Shown here one piece after another: positions 7,143-15,506 of a stretch of 64,000 nucleotides of DNA (position 1 is its first letter; the number at the start of each line of letters is the position of its first letter). Origin of the DNA: an uncultured Thermoanaerobaculia bacterium (GTDB taxonomy: Bacteria; Acidobacteriota; Thermoanaerobaculia; Thermoanaerobaculales; Sulfomarinibacteraceae); assembly GCA_964423595.1 (NCBI GenBank), contig CAYRFI010000010.1:738-64737 (forward strand). Reading direction: 5' to 3'. A program made the position numbers and the translations under genes. A model generated the notes under the pieces. That model ran no database searches and was not told the DNA's origin. It was given only the letters and a program-made list of their open reading frames with translations.

Positions 7143-8726
7143 TTAGGGCGAACGTTCGGCGACCGAACGGCGCAGGCGCAGCGCCGCCTCTTCGACGGGC
7201 AGGCCGTCGATGTCGACCGTCTTGTTGGCCGAGCGCATCATATCGTTCGTCACCATGTTGACCAGCGGCAGCAGCGTTTGAATCAACGGTTTGATGCGTG
7301 CGGCTCGTGGCGACAGAAGCAGTATGGCGTCGTAGGGAGGCAACGCCTGCTTCGGGTCGCCGAGAAGGACCAGATCGAAGGCGTCGACGCGGCCGTCGGT
7401 GGAGTAGGCGGTGATGGCGTCGACCTTGCCGTCACGCACCGCGCCGTACAGAAAGGTGGAGTCCATGCTGCGGGTTCGCATCGATTCGAGACCGTAGATC
7501 TCGCGCACCCGGGACCACTCGGGACGACCGAAGAACTCCGGGTCGCCGCCGAGAATCAGCCGATCGGCAATCGGGCGCAGGTCGTCGATGGTTTGGACCC
7601 CGAGCTCCGCCGCCCGAGTACGGCTCATGGCCAGCGCGTACGCGTTTTCGAAGCCGAGTCGGCCGAGAGTGATGATCCCGTGTTCGTCCTTGAGGTACTT
7701 CGCGACATCGATCAACATCTCGGTGCGATCGATCGGCTGCGGCCGTTTCATGATGGCCGCCCAGATCGTTCCCGAGTAATCGACGCTGACGTCGACGGTG
7801 TTGCTCCGCAGCGCATCGAAGAGGATCGTCGAGCCCATGTTGGGTCGCTGGCGCACGGCCGCACCCGCCGTTTCGAGCTCGTGAGTGAGGAATTCCGCCA
7901 GGACGTACTGCTCGGTAAATCCCTTTGAACCCACGGTCAGATTCCATCCTGCCAGCGGAAGCTGCGATCGTTCCTCGTCACCCGTCCTCCGGGCACTCGC
8001 GACTCCGGACGATGCCGGTCCAGGCGACAGAAACCCGACCGCAGGCACCAGCCCGCCGATGACGATGATGATCAGACCCAGCCCTGCAGTCCATGCCAGC
8101 CGCGAGCTGCGGAGACGGGCCGCCCGCTCCATCAGTCGGATGAGCTGGTCGAGGACGATCGCGAGCGCGGCCGCGAATACGCAGCCGAAGAGGACGGCGA
8201 CCCCGTTCCGGGTCTGCAGGCCGAGAAAGATGTAATTGCCGAGGCTCGGCGCGCCAACCGGGGTGGACAGGGTCGCCATCCCGACGACCCACACCGTCGC
8301 GGTCCGGATTCCGGCGATGATGATCGGTGCCGCCAGCGGCAGCTCGACCCACCGCAACGATTGGCGGTCGGTCATGCCGACGCCGCGCGCCGCTTCAGTC
8401 ATGGTGGGGTCGATCTCGAGGATTCCGGTCACGGTGTTACGGATCACCGGCAGCATGCTGTAGAGGGTCAGCGCGATGAATGCAGGTACGAAGCCGATCA
8501 TCCCCCCGAGCAGCGGCACCATCAGCGCCAGGAGGGCCATGCTCGGGACCGTCTGGATGAGGCCGGCCAGGGTCAAGACCGGCCCACGCAGCCGCCTGTA
8601 GCGGGTGGCGGCAATGCCCAACGGCACGCTGATAGCGATTCCTATCACCAGCGCCGATACCGAGAGCAGCAGGTGGCCGGCGAGCAACTGTGGGAGCTCG
8701 GCGAAACGGTCGGCCAGGTTACCCAT
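7143..8726 (-). CDS. osmoprotectant (glycine betaine/choline/carnitine-type) ABC transporter, permease fused to substrate-binding domain
   Basis: The N-terminal ~210 aa form a multi-TM ABC permease with an EAA-like loop (TEAARGVGMT). A linker TM follows, then a C-terminal OpuAC/OpuBC-like periplasmic binding domain (GSKGFTEQYVLAE..., YSGTIW...). Confidence 0.85.
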   Translation of the reverse strand: MGNLADRFAELPQLLAGHLLLSVSALVIGIAISVPLGIAATRYRRLRGPVLTLAGLIQTVPSMALLALMVPLLGGMIGFVPAFIALTLYSMLPVIRNTVTGILEIDPTMTEAARGVGMTDRQSLRWVELPLAAPIIIAGIRTATVWVVGMATLSTPVGAPSLGNYIFLGLQTRNGVAVLFGCVFAAALAIVLDQLIRLMERAARLRSSRLAWTAGLGLIIIVIGGLVPAVGFLSPGPASSGVASARRTGDEERSQLPLAGWNLTVGSKGFTEQYVLAEFLTHELETAGAAVRQRPNMGSTILFDALRSNTVDVSVDYSGTIWAAIMKRPQPIDRTEMLIDVAKYLKDEHGIITLGRLGFENAYALAMSRTRAAELGVQTIDDLRPIADRLILGGDPEFFGRPEWSRVREIYGLESMRTRSMDSTFLYGAVRDGKVDAITAYSTDGRVDAFDLVLLGDPKQALPPYDAILLLSPRAARIKPLIQTLLPLVNMVTNDMMRSANKTVDIDGLPVEEAALRLRRSVAERSP

Positions 8727-9508
8727 CAGGCGTGCTTCCTATCGTCACCGGCCATGGCCGCTAGCCGTCCGGCCTGACGCGTGGGTGACTCCATGAGCTG
8801 GGCCACATACGGATCTCCAGGAACGTGCAGGATTTCGGTCGGCGAGCCCAGAGCCACAATCCGTCCCTCTCGCATGACGACGATACGGTCGCCGGCCAGC
8901 AGCGCCTCGGTCATGTCGTGGGTGACGAGGACGGCGGTGAGCTGGAGCTCCTTCTGGATCCTGAGAAATTCTGTGCGCAGTCCGTCACGGGTGATGGGGT
9001 CGAGCGCGCCGAACGGCTCGTCGAGCAGCATCAGCGAAGGCCCGGCCGCCAGCGCGCGGGCGAATCCGACCCGCTGGCTTTGACCGCCGGAGAGCTCTGC
9101 AGGCATCCTCGTGGCGAATTCGAGGGGGTCGAGACCCACCAGCTCGAGAAGCTGGGAAACTCGGCTGGAAATCCGCTCCTCGTCCCATCCCAGGAGTTTC
9201 GGGATGATCCCTACGTTGCGGGCGATGGACAGGTGTGGAAAGAGGCCGATGCCCTGAAAGACGTAGCCGATCGACCGCCTGAGATCGACCGCCTCTTGCT
9301 CGGCGACGTCGGCGCCGTTGATCAGCACCTGTCCTCGCGATGGCTCGACGAGGCGGTTGATGGTCTTCAGCGTCGTCGTCTTCCCGCACCCGGACTCGCC
9401 GACCAGCACCACGAGCTCGCCAGGTGCCGCAGCGAAGCTGACGCCCTCGACGGCAAACGTCTGCCCACCGTCGTACGTCTTGCCAACGCTTCTGAGCTCG
9501 AGAAACAT
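8726..9508 (-). CDS. ABC transporter ATP-binding protein (Opu/ProV-like core, no CBS tail)
   Basis: Walker A GESGCGKTT, signature LSGGQSQRV, Walker B LMLLDEPF, H-loop VTHD. At 260 aa it is too short to carry the tandem CBS domains of OpuAA/OpuCA. Adjoins the permease (start/stop share nt 8726). Confidence 0.95.
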   Translation of the reverse strand: MFLELRSVGKTYDGGQTFAVEGVSFAAAPGELVVLVGESGCGKTTTLKTINRLVEPSRGQVLINGADVAEQEAVDLRRSIGYVFQGIGLFPHLSIARNVGIIPKLLGWDEERISSRVSQLLELVGLDPLEFATRMPAELSGGQSQRVGFARALAAGPSLMLLDEPFGALDPITRDGLRTEFLRIQKELQLTAVLVTHDMTEALLAGDRIVVMREGRIVALGSPTEILHVPGDPYVAQLMESPTRQAGRLAAMAGDDRKHA

Positions 9509-9542
9509 GACCGAAAGAGTGTAACGTTTCGCATCCTGGCTC

Positions 9543-9625
9543 TAGCCTGCATATCTCACCAACTATCTGCTGCGGCTAGAAATCTGGAGGTGCGCGTGTG
9601 CACCGGCCAGGGATGAATTTCCCAA
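9543..9625 (+). repeat. foldback repeat, left-arm fragment B (AGCCTGCATATC subfamily)
   Basis: TAGCCTGCATATCTCACCAACTATCTGCTGCGG... matches the left terminus/arm of copies A, C and G. Similarity decays after about 80 nt, and no matching right terminus was found. Confidence 0.7.
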
Positions 9626-9757
9626 ATTTCTCAAGCCAGGCACCCGGACTGTTCCAGCACATCCTTCGTTTCAGGGGCCTGCCAGACTGCAGTCATCTCA
9701 TGACCCTCGGACTGAGCGGGAGATCGGGTCTCACCGTATATACTCGCGTCAGGCACC

Positions 9758-11098
9758 ATGAAAGGCGAGATCCAGTACGCTGCCAGCCGCGACGGCCAGT
9801 CGGTGGCTTACCAGACGTGCGGTGAAGGTCCGTTGGACCTCGTCTTCGTGCCGGACTGGGTCGGCAATCTGGAAGTGATGTGGGAAGACCCGACCCTCGC
9901 GGCCTTTCTCGAGCGCATGGCCCGATTCGCGCGGGTGATCTGCTTCGACAAGCGCGGTACCGGCCTGTCGGACCCGGTCCCGCTCGGTGCGATCCCGACC
10001 TGGGAGGAGTGGATGTACGACGTCGCCACCGTGATGGACGCGGCTGACAGCCGTCAGGCGGCGATCTTCGGCCACGGCGACGGCGCGACAATGGCCCTGC
10101 TCTTTGCCGCTACCCATCCGGATCGGGCGTCAGCGTTGATCCTCGCGGACGCCTACGCGAGGCGCATGCGGTCCGAGGACTATCCGTGCGGCGTCCCCGA
10201 GGACGTGGCTCCGCAACTCATCGAGGCGATCCTGAATGCGTGGGGCACCGGCGAGGCCACGCGTGGGGGGGGAGCCCCGAGCCTGGCTGGAGACGAGTCC
10301 TTTGTCGCGTGGCGCGGACGTTTCGAGCGCCTGGCCATGAGTCCCGGGCAGTTCAACGCGGTCTACCCGCTGACCTACACGTTCGACCTCCGCTGGGTGC
10401 TGCCGACGATCCGCATGCCGACTCTGGTGCTCCACCGCACCGGCAACCGCTACGTGGTCGTCGGCAACGGACGCCACCTGGCCGAGCACATCGACGGTGC
10501 GCGATTCGTGGAGATTCCCGGTTCGGACCACTTCTTTCACGCTGGCGACCCGGAAGCGATGCTGGGACCCGTGCAGGAGTTTCTGACCGGGCGCCGTGCG
10601 CCTCCTGAACCGGAGCGTGTCTTGGCGACGGTCCTGTTCACCGATATCGTCGGCGCGACCGCTACGGCGGAGCGGCTCGGAGACGGCGCGTGGCGCGAGC
10701 TGCTCGAGCGGCACCACGCGATCGTCCGCCGCGAGCTCGCCCATTTCGGCGGCCGCGAGATCGACACCGCTGGAGATGGGTTTCTGGCGTCCTTCGAAGG
10801 CCCCGCCCGCGGCGTGCGATGCGCGATGGCGATCCGCGACGGGTTGCGGCCCGTCGGCCTCGAGATCCGTGCCGGTCTCCACACCGGCGAGTGCGAACGG
10901 TCCGGTGACAAGCTCGCTGGGATCGCCGTGCACATCGGCGCGCGGGTGGCCGGTCTGGCGGAGGGGGGCGAGGTGCTGGTGTCGAGGACGGTCAAGGACC
11001 TGGTCGCGGGGTCCGGACTCACCTTTGTCGATCGGGGCGACCACGAGCTGAAAGGTGTCAGTGATCGGTGGCAGCTTTTCCGGGCCGAGGAGGGATAG
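9758..11098 (+). CDS. alpha/beta-hydrolase fused to class III adenylate/guanylate cyclase
   Basis: N-terminal alpha/beta-fold region (FGHGDGATMALLFAA, nucleophile-elbow-like with Asp in the serine position). The C-terminal cyclase domain starts at VLATVLFTDIVGATA and contains KTAGDGFLA-like (DTAGDGFLASF) and GLHTGE motifs. Confidence 0.9.
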   Translation: MKGEIQYAASRDGQSVAYQTCGEGPLDLVFVPDWVGNLEVMWEDPTLAAFLERMARFARVICFDKRGTGLSDPVPLGAIPTWEEWMYDVATVMDAADSRQAAIFGHGDGATMALLFAATHPDRASALILADAYARRMRSEDYPCGVPEDVAPQLIEAILNAWGTGEATRGGGAPSLAGDESFVAWRGRFERLAMSPGQFNAVYPLTYTFDLRWVLPTIRMPTLVLHRTGNRYVVVGNGRHLAEHIDGARFVEIPGSDHFFHAGDPEAMLGPVQEFLTGRRAPPEPERVLATVLFTDIVGATATAERLGDGAWRELLERHHAIVRRELAHFGGREIDTAGDGFLASFEGPARGVRCAMAIRDGLRPVGLEIRAGLHTGECERSGDKLAGIAVHIGARVAGLAEGGEVLVSRTVKDLVAGSGLTFVDRGDHELKGVSDRWQLFRAEEG

Positions 11099-11161
11099 CC
11101 CACATCATGGGTGCGACGCACTCGAAAAGGTGCCCGAAACCGAACGCGGGATTCGAGGCGC

Positions 11162-11704
11162 CTATTCGCCGCGCTTGAGCACCGACCGTTTGTCCGAGTA
11201 GGCGAGGCGGGCCTGGATGAAATCTTCGTGGGCGAAGCCGAGCTCGCTGGCGATCTGGCGGATCTGCTCCTCTTCGTCCCCGGTGACCAGATCGTCGGCG
11301 GCCGACACCGCAAACAGGCAGTCCAGCAGCTCGTGCCGCTGCTCGTCGGTGGCGATCTCCCGGAACTCCCGGGTCACGAGAAAGTCTTCTGTTCCGCCGA
11401 AGAGCTTGTTCTGGTGCTTGGCGATGGCGACGACCAACACTGCCTGCTCCTCGGGGATGTGCCCCAGGCGCTGGACGATCTCGACCATCTTCTCCGTTTC
11501 GACGTCGCTGATGTGCAGGTCGGCCGCGGCCACACGGCTGAGGACATACGCGAACGCCGCAAGGAACCGCGCGTGTGAACGGTCCAGGCGATCGAGCTCA
11601 CCAACGATTCGCCGCACCGTTTCGGTTTCGCCGCGAACCGGTTCGGGCGCCGGATCCGACCGCGCGGCGGAAGGCCCAAGCCCGAGTAACTCGAGGATAC
11701 CCAT
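11162..11704 (-). CDS. TerB-family (tellurite-resistance TerB-like) protein
   Basis: ATG at 11704 (MGILELL...). The track's longer TTG start at 11743 lies inside a repeat terminus. Paired-helix TerB-like segments (AAFAYVLSRVAAAD...E..K, LLDCLFAVSAADD...EE..I). Confidence 0.7.
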   Translation of the reverse strand: MGILELLGLGPSAARSDPAPEPVRGETETVRRIVGELDRLDRSHARFLAAFAYVLSRVAAADLHISDVETEKMVEIVQRLGHIPEEQAVLVVAIAKHQNKLFGGTEDFLVTREFREIATDEQRHELLDCLFAVSAADDLVTGDEEEQIRQIASELGFAHEDFIQARLAYSDKRSVLKRGE

Positions 11705-11717
11705 CGCAAACTGGATT

Positions 11718-11856
11718 CTAACCCAGCCTGCATATCTCACCAACTATTTGCTGCGACCGGAAATCTGCAGCAATCTGCGGCGTTTGCTTCCATCGGAGTG
11801 CTCGACGTACTGCAAGTACGCGCTCCGCGCCCTGCGAGGCTTGGCCGGGGCCCCCA
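11718..11856 (+). repeat. foldback repeat, truncated long-form left arm C
   Basis: CTAACCCAGCCTGCATATCTCACCAACTATTTGCTGCG... then GTGCTCGACGTACTGCAAGTACGCGCTCCGCGCCCTGCGAGGCTTGGCCGGGGCCCCCAG, nearly identical to 30551-30611 of copy G. No right arm. Confidence 0.85.
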
Positions 11857-11889
11857 GATCAGCCCTTGGGAGCGGACGCATCACGCAGT

Positions 11890-13578
11890 TCAAGGCCGGT
11901 AGCCCTGGCCACGAAGGACTTTTCCCGGCAGCTTGCCGGTCGCCTTGCCCTCATCAATCACGGGAACTCCGTTCACCAGCACGTATTGCATCCCTTGTGA
12001 AAGCTGGTTGGGTTTTTCGAAGGTCGCAAGATCGCGCACGGTTTCCGGGTCGAAGACCACGACATCAGCCCACATCCCGCCTTTCAGGACGCCCCGGTCG
12101 TTGAAACGCATGCGTTGAGCGGCCAGCGAGGTGAATTTGCGAATGGCGTCTTCCAGGGTCAATTTCTTTTCCTCGCGAACATATTTTCGGAGAATTCGCG
12201 GGAAGGTTCCGTACGCTCGCGGATGCGGCACGTCCTGGCCCAGGATTCCCTCCGGCGCCGTGCCTTCCGAATCGTTGTTGATGGAGACCCATGGCTGGAC
12301 CAGCGCTAGCGCCACGTCATCTTCCGACATTCCAAATACGGCCACCGAGGTGTCGGCGTCGTCCTGGATCAGGAGGTCGAAGATTGTGTCGATGGGATCT
12401 GTGCCCCACATCTCGGAGATATCGGCGATGGTCTGACCCTGCAGTGACATCAGATCCGGATTGTGCACGGCGCCTACCAGAATCGCTTCCGGTCCCTCGA
12501 TCTCGTCCCACTCATTGTCCCATTCGTCGCTGGGCGTCATCATGTCCTCCCGAATTCTCTCGCGCGTGGCCGGATCTTTCAGGCGATCGAGGAGTTGATC
12601 CGTTCCTCCGTCATGAGCCCAGGGCGGTATGAATGCGGAGAGCGGGTTGAACCATGCAGTGTAGGCATAGGTGTCGGCGCTGATGTCCACTCCGGCCTGC
12701 CGCGCGCGGTTGATGTGCGCGACGATCTCCGGCATGCGGCCGAAATTCTTCGTCCCCGCCACCTTCAGGTGCCAGATTTCCACCGGGATCTTTGCCTCCC
12801 GCCCGATCCTGATGGCCTCGTCCAGTGCGGGAATGATCGCATCTCCTTCACTGCGAACGTGTGTTGCGTAAATGCCCCCGTACTGCGCAGCCACGGAGGC
12901 CAGAGCGATCAGCTCTTCCGTATGTGCATACGGCGCCGGCGGATATTCCAGCGATGTCGAAACGCCAACCGCGCCGTCCCTCATACCATCTTCGACCAGC
13001 TTCTTCATGGCGTTCAGCTGGGAATCCGTAGGCTGGATATCCGCATCTCCCAGAACCACCCGGCGCACCTGAGTCGCCCCGACATAGGTTGCCAGATTGA
13101 TTCCCATGCCCTGTTTTTCCAGTCGTGCGAAGTATTCTCGGAGGGTCTTCCAGTCGAGATCGATGCCGTAGTGCTCGTAATACGAGCGGTCGGTTTTCAG
13201 GATGGCGTCATTCTGAGGCGCCGCGGAACCGCCTTCACCCGTGACCTCCGTCGTGATTCCCTGGAAGATTTTGGAGGGCAGCTGCGGGTTCACGAGTATC
13301 GTCATCTCCGATTGACCCAGCATGTCGATGAACCCCGGAGCAACCACAAGCCCATGTGCGTCGATCACCTCGCCGGCCTCGGCATCCGACAGGTTCCCGA
13401 TCGTCGCAATCTTGCCGCCTCGGATTCCGATGTCACCTGAATACCAGGGCGAGCCGGTCCCATCGATGATGTGGCCGTTGCGGATGACAACGTCGTACTC
13501 CGCGGCGACTGCGGATGGAAGTGTCCCCACCAACAGCCAGAGGATGATGAATGACATGGAATAATACCGTCGAGCCAT
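11890..13578 (-). CDS. amidohydrolase, N-acyl-D-amino-acid deacylase (D-aminoacylase) family, secreted
   Basis: ATG at 13578 follows GGAGGA. Signal peptide MARRYYSMSFIILWLLVGTLPSAVAA. Family hallmarks: YDVVIRNGHIIDGTG, PGFID, YATHVRSEG, VEIWHLK. Confidence 0.85.
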   Translation of the reverse strand: MARRYYSMSFIILWLLVGTLPSAVAAEYDVVIRNGHIIDGTGSPWYSGDIGIRGGKIATIGNLSDAEAGEVIDAHGLVVAPGFIDMLGQSEMTILVNPQLPSKIFQGITTEVTGEGGSAAPQNDAILKTDRSYYEHYGIDLDWKTLREYFARLEKQGMGINLATYVGATQVRRVVLGDADIQPTDSQLNAMKKLVEDGMRDGAVGVSTSLEYPPAPYAHTEELIALASVAAQYGGIYATHVRSEGDAIIPALDEAIRIGREAKIPVEIWHLKVAGTKNFGRMPEIVAHINRARQAGVDISADTYAYTAWFNPLSAFIPPWAHDGGTDQLLDRLKDPATRERIREDMMTPSDEWDNEWDEIEGPEAILVGAVHNPDLMSLQGQTIADISEMWGTDPIDTIFDLLIQDDADTSVAVFGMSEDDVALALVQPWVSINNDSEGTAPEGILGQDVPHPRAYGTFPRILRKYVREEKKLTLEDAIRKFTSLAAQRMRFNDRGVLKGGMWADVVVFDPETVRDLATFEKPNQLSQGMQYVLVNGVPVIDEGKATGKLPGKVLRGQGYRP

Positions 13579-13732
13579 GAGATTTCCTCCGTCGTGCAAT
13601 CGAGCTCCCTGGGGCCAGGTCTCATCATACGCTTTGAAGGGTTTCGTTGCGCGCCTCGGTGTCGCGCTTTCGCCGGCCGGAGGGGCGCGAAGAGAAGGAG
13701 CGCTGGGTCTTTGGTGGGTTTTTTGAATTCAA

Positions 13733-15301
13733 TCAACTCACCTCGTCTCCGAACTGACGCTGCAAGGTCCTGAGCTGCTCGACGAGGGTGTGGGTGATGT
13801 CTGAGTACTGGGCGTTGCCGTAGAGATTTGTCAGCTCGTGAGGGTCCTCCTCGAGGTCATAGAGCTCCCAGACATCCAGCTCGCCGTAGAAATGGATGAG
13901 CTTGTACCGGTCGGTGCGGATTCCGAAATGTGGTCGCACACGATGCCATCCGTGGGGATACTCGTAGTAGTGGTAGTACACACCCTGACGCCAGTCATCC
14001 GGTGTCTGACCCAACGTCAACGGTCGCAACGAACGTCCCTGCATCTCAGGCGGCACCGGCACTCCTGCGTAATCGAGAATGGTAGGGGCGGTGTCGAGGT
14101 TGACCACCAGGGCATCGGCAACCTTCCCTGCCGTGATCCCGTCGGGGTAACGGATGATGAGCGGCGTGCGCATCGACTCCTCGTACATGAATCGCTTGTC
14201 GTACCAGCCGTGCTCGCCCAGGAAAAACCCCTGGTCAGAGGTGTAGATGACGATGGTGGTGTCGCTCAGTCCGAGCTCGTCGAGTCGGTCCAGCAATCGG
14301 CCCAGATTGTCGTCGATCGAGGCGACACAACGAAGGTAGTCCTCGAGGTAGCGCTGGTACTTCCACTCGGTCAGCTCGTCACCCTCGGGCGGGTTGTCGG
14401 CAAAGGCCCGGTTGATCGGTTCGTACCGCCCATCCCAGGCAGCTTTCTCCTCCGCTGACATCCGCGCATACGCCTCCCTCCACGCAGGCTCGGGATCGAA
14501 CTCCGGGTCGCCGCCGGTTCCCGTCTCTCGCTCATAGGACCCTTCGTGCAGCTTCATGTCCAACGAGAGGTACATGTCCGCGATCCGCATGTCTGCCTCG
14601 CGTGCCGCCGGGCGTCCCTTGTAGTCGTCGCGAAATGTCGGCGGCAAGGGGAACTCCTTGTCGGCGAACAGATCGAGGTGTTTTGGACTGGGCATCCAGT
14701 TGCGATGCGGCGCCGAATGCTGGTAGAGCAGGCAAAACGGCTGTTCTTTATCCCTCGTCTCCAAGAACTCGAGCGCGAAGTCGGTGATCAGGTCGGTCAC
14801 ATACCCGGAATGCTCGACCTCGACGCCGTTTTCGGAAAACACCGGGCGGTAGTAATGACCCTGACCGATCAACAACCGCCAATGGTCGAAGCCCGTCGGG
14901 TCGGTCTTGAGATGCCACTTGCCCACCACAGCGGTCTCGTACCCCGCGTGCTGGAGCAGCTTGGGAAAGGTCATCTGTGAATCGTCAAACTCATCCCGAT
15001 TGTCCCGCAATCCGTTGCGATGGCTATACATGCCGGTCAGCAGCACGGCGCGCGAAGGGGCGCAGATCGCGTTCGTGACAAAGCTCGATCGGAAGCGAAT
15101 ACCCTCGTCGGCCAGGCGATCGATGTTCGGCGTTCGAATCAGCGTGCTGCCGTACGCGCTGATCGCTCGCTCCGCATGGTCGTCAGCCATGATGACGATG
15201 ATGTTGGGTGGCGCGGGAGTCGCCGATAGCCTAGCGACCAGGAAACCGCCAACAACAAGCACGGCAAGGGCTACGAGCAACCACAACGATTTTCTTCTCA
15301 T
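13733..15301 (-). CDS. sulfatase (formylglycine-dependent, type I)
   Basis: Signal/TM MRRKSLWLLVALAVLVVGGFLV. IVIMADDH and the C-x-P-x-R signature CAPSRAVLLTG. SDQGF and GKWH motifs. Confidence 0.9.
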   Translation of the reverse strand: MRRKSLWLLVALAVLVVGGFLVARLSATPAPPNIIVIMADDHAERAISAYGSTLIRTPNIDRLADEGIRFRSSFVTNAICAPSRAVLLTGMYSHRNGLRDNRDEFDDSQMTFPKLLQHAGYETAVVGKWHLKTDPTGFDHWRLLIGQGHYYRPVFSENGVEVEHSGYVTDLITDFALEFLETRDKEQPFCLLYQHSAPHRNWMPSPKHLDLFADKEFPLPPTFRDDYKGRPAAREADMRIADMYLSLDMKLHEGSYERETGTGGDPEFDPEPAWREAYARMSAEEKAAWDGRYEPINRAFADNPPEGDELTEWKYQRYLEDYLRCVASIDDNLGRLLDRLDELGLSDTTIVIYTSDQGFFLGEHGWYDKRFMYEESMRTPLIIRYPDGITAGKVADALVVNLDTAPTILDYAGVPVPPEMQGRSLRPLTLGQTPDDWRQGVYYHYYEYPHGWHRVRPHFGIRTDRYKLIHFYGELDVWELYDLEEDPHELTNLYGNAQYSDITHTLVEQLRTLQRQFGDEVS

Positions 15302-15506
15302 ACGTTGATCTCCCGCGGCGACCATATCAGTCGCGGGAATGCAATAGATGCCGAATCATGGGTTTTGAATACGAGACGCCATGCCCAACGGATGTGCGAT
15401 ATCTTCACGTGCCGGGTTTTGACGCCCAAAACGATACGCAGAGGTTGAAAACGCAGCGGCCCACGTGGGCGAGCACCGGTGAACGAAGAAGTGGTTGTCC
15501 ACCGAC

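Noticed and set aside
9727-9747. GGGTCTCACCGTATATACTCGCG as the missing partner terminus of repeat fragment B.
   Set aside because: It is in the wrong orientation to pair with the left terminus at 9543-9560, and only ~8 nt resemble the consensus. I treat it as chance similarity.
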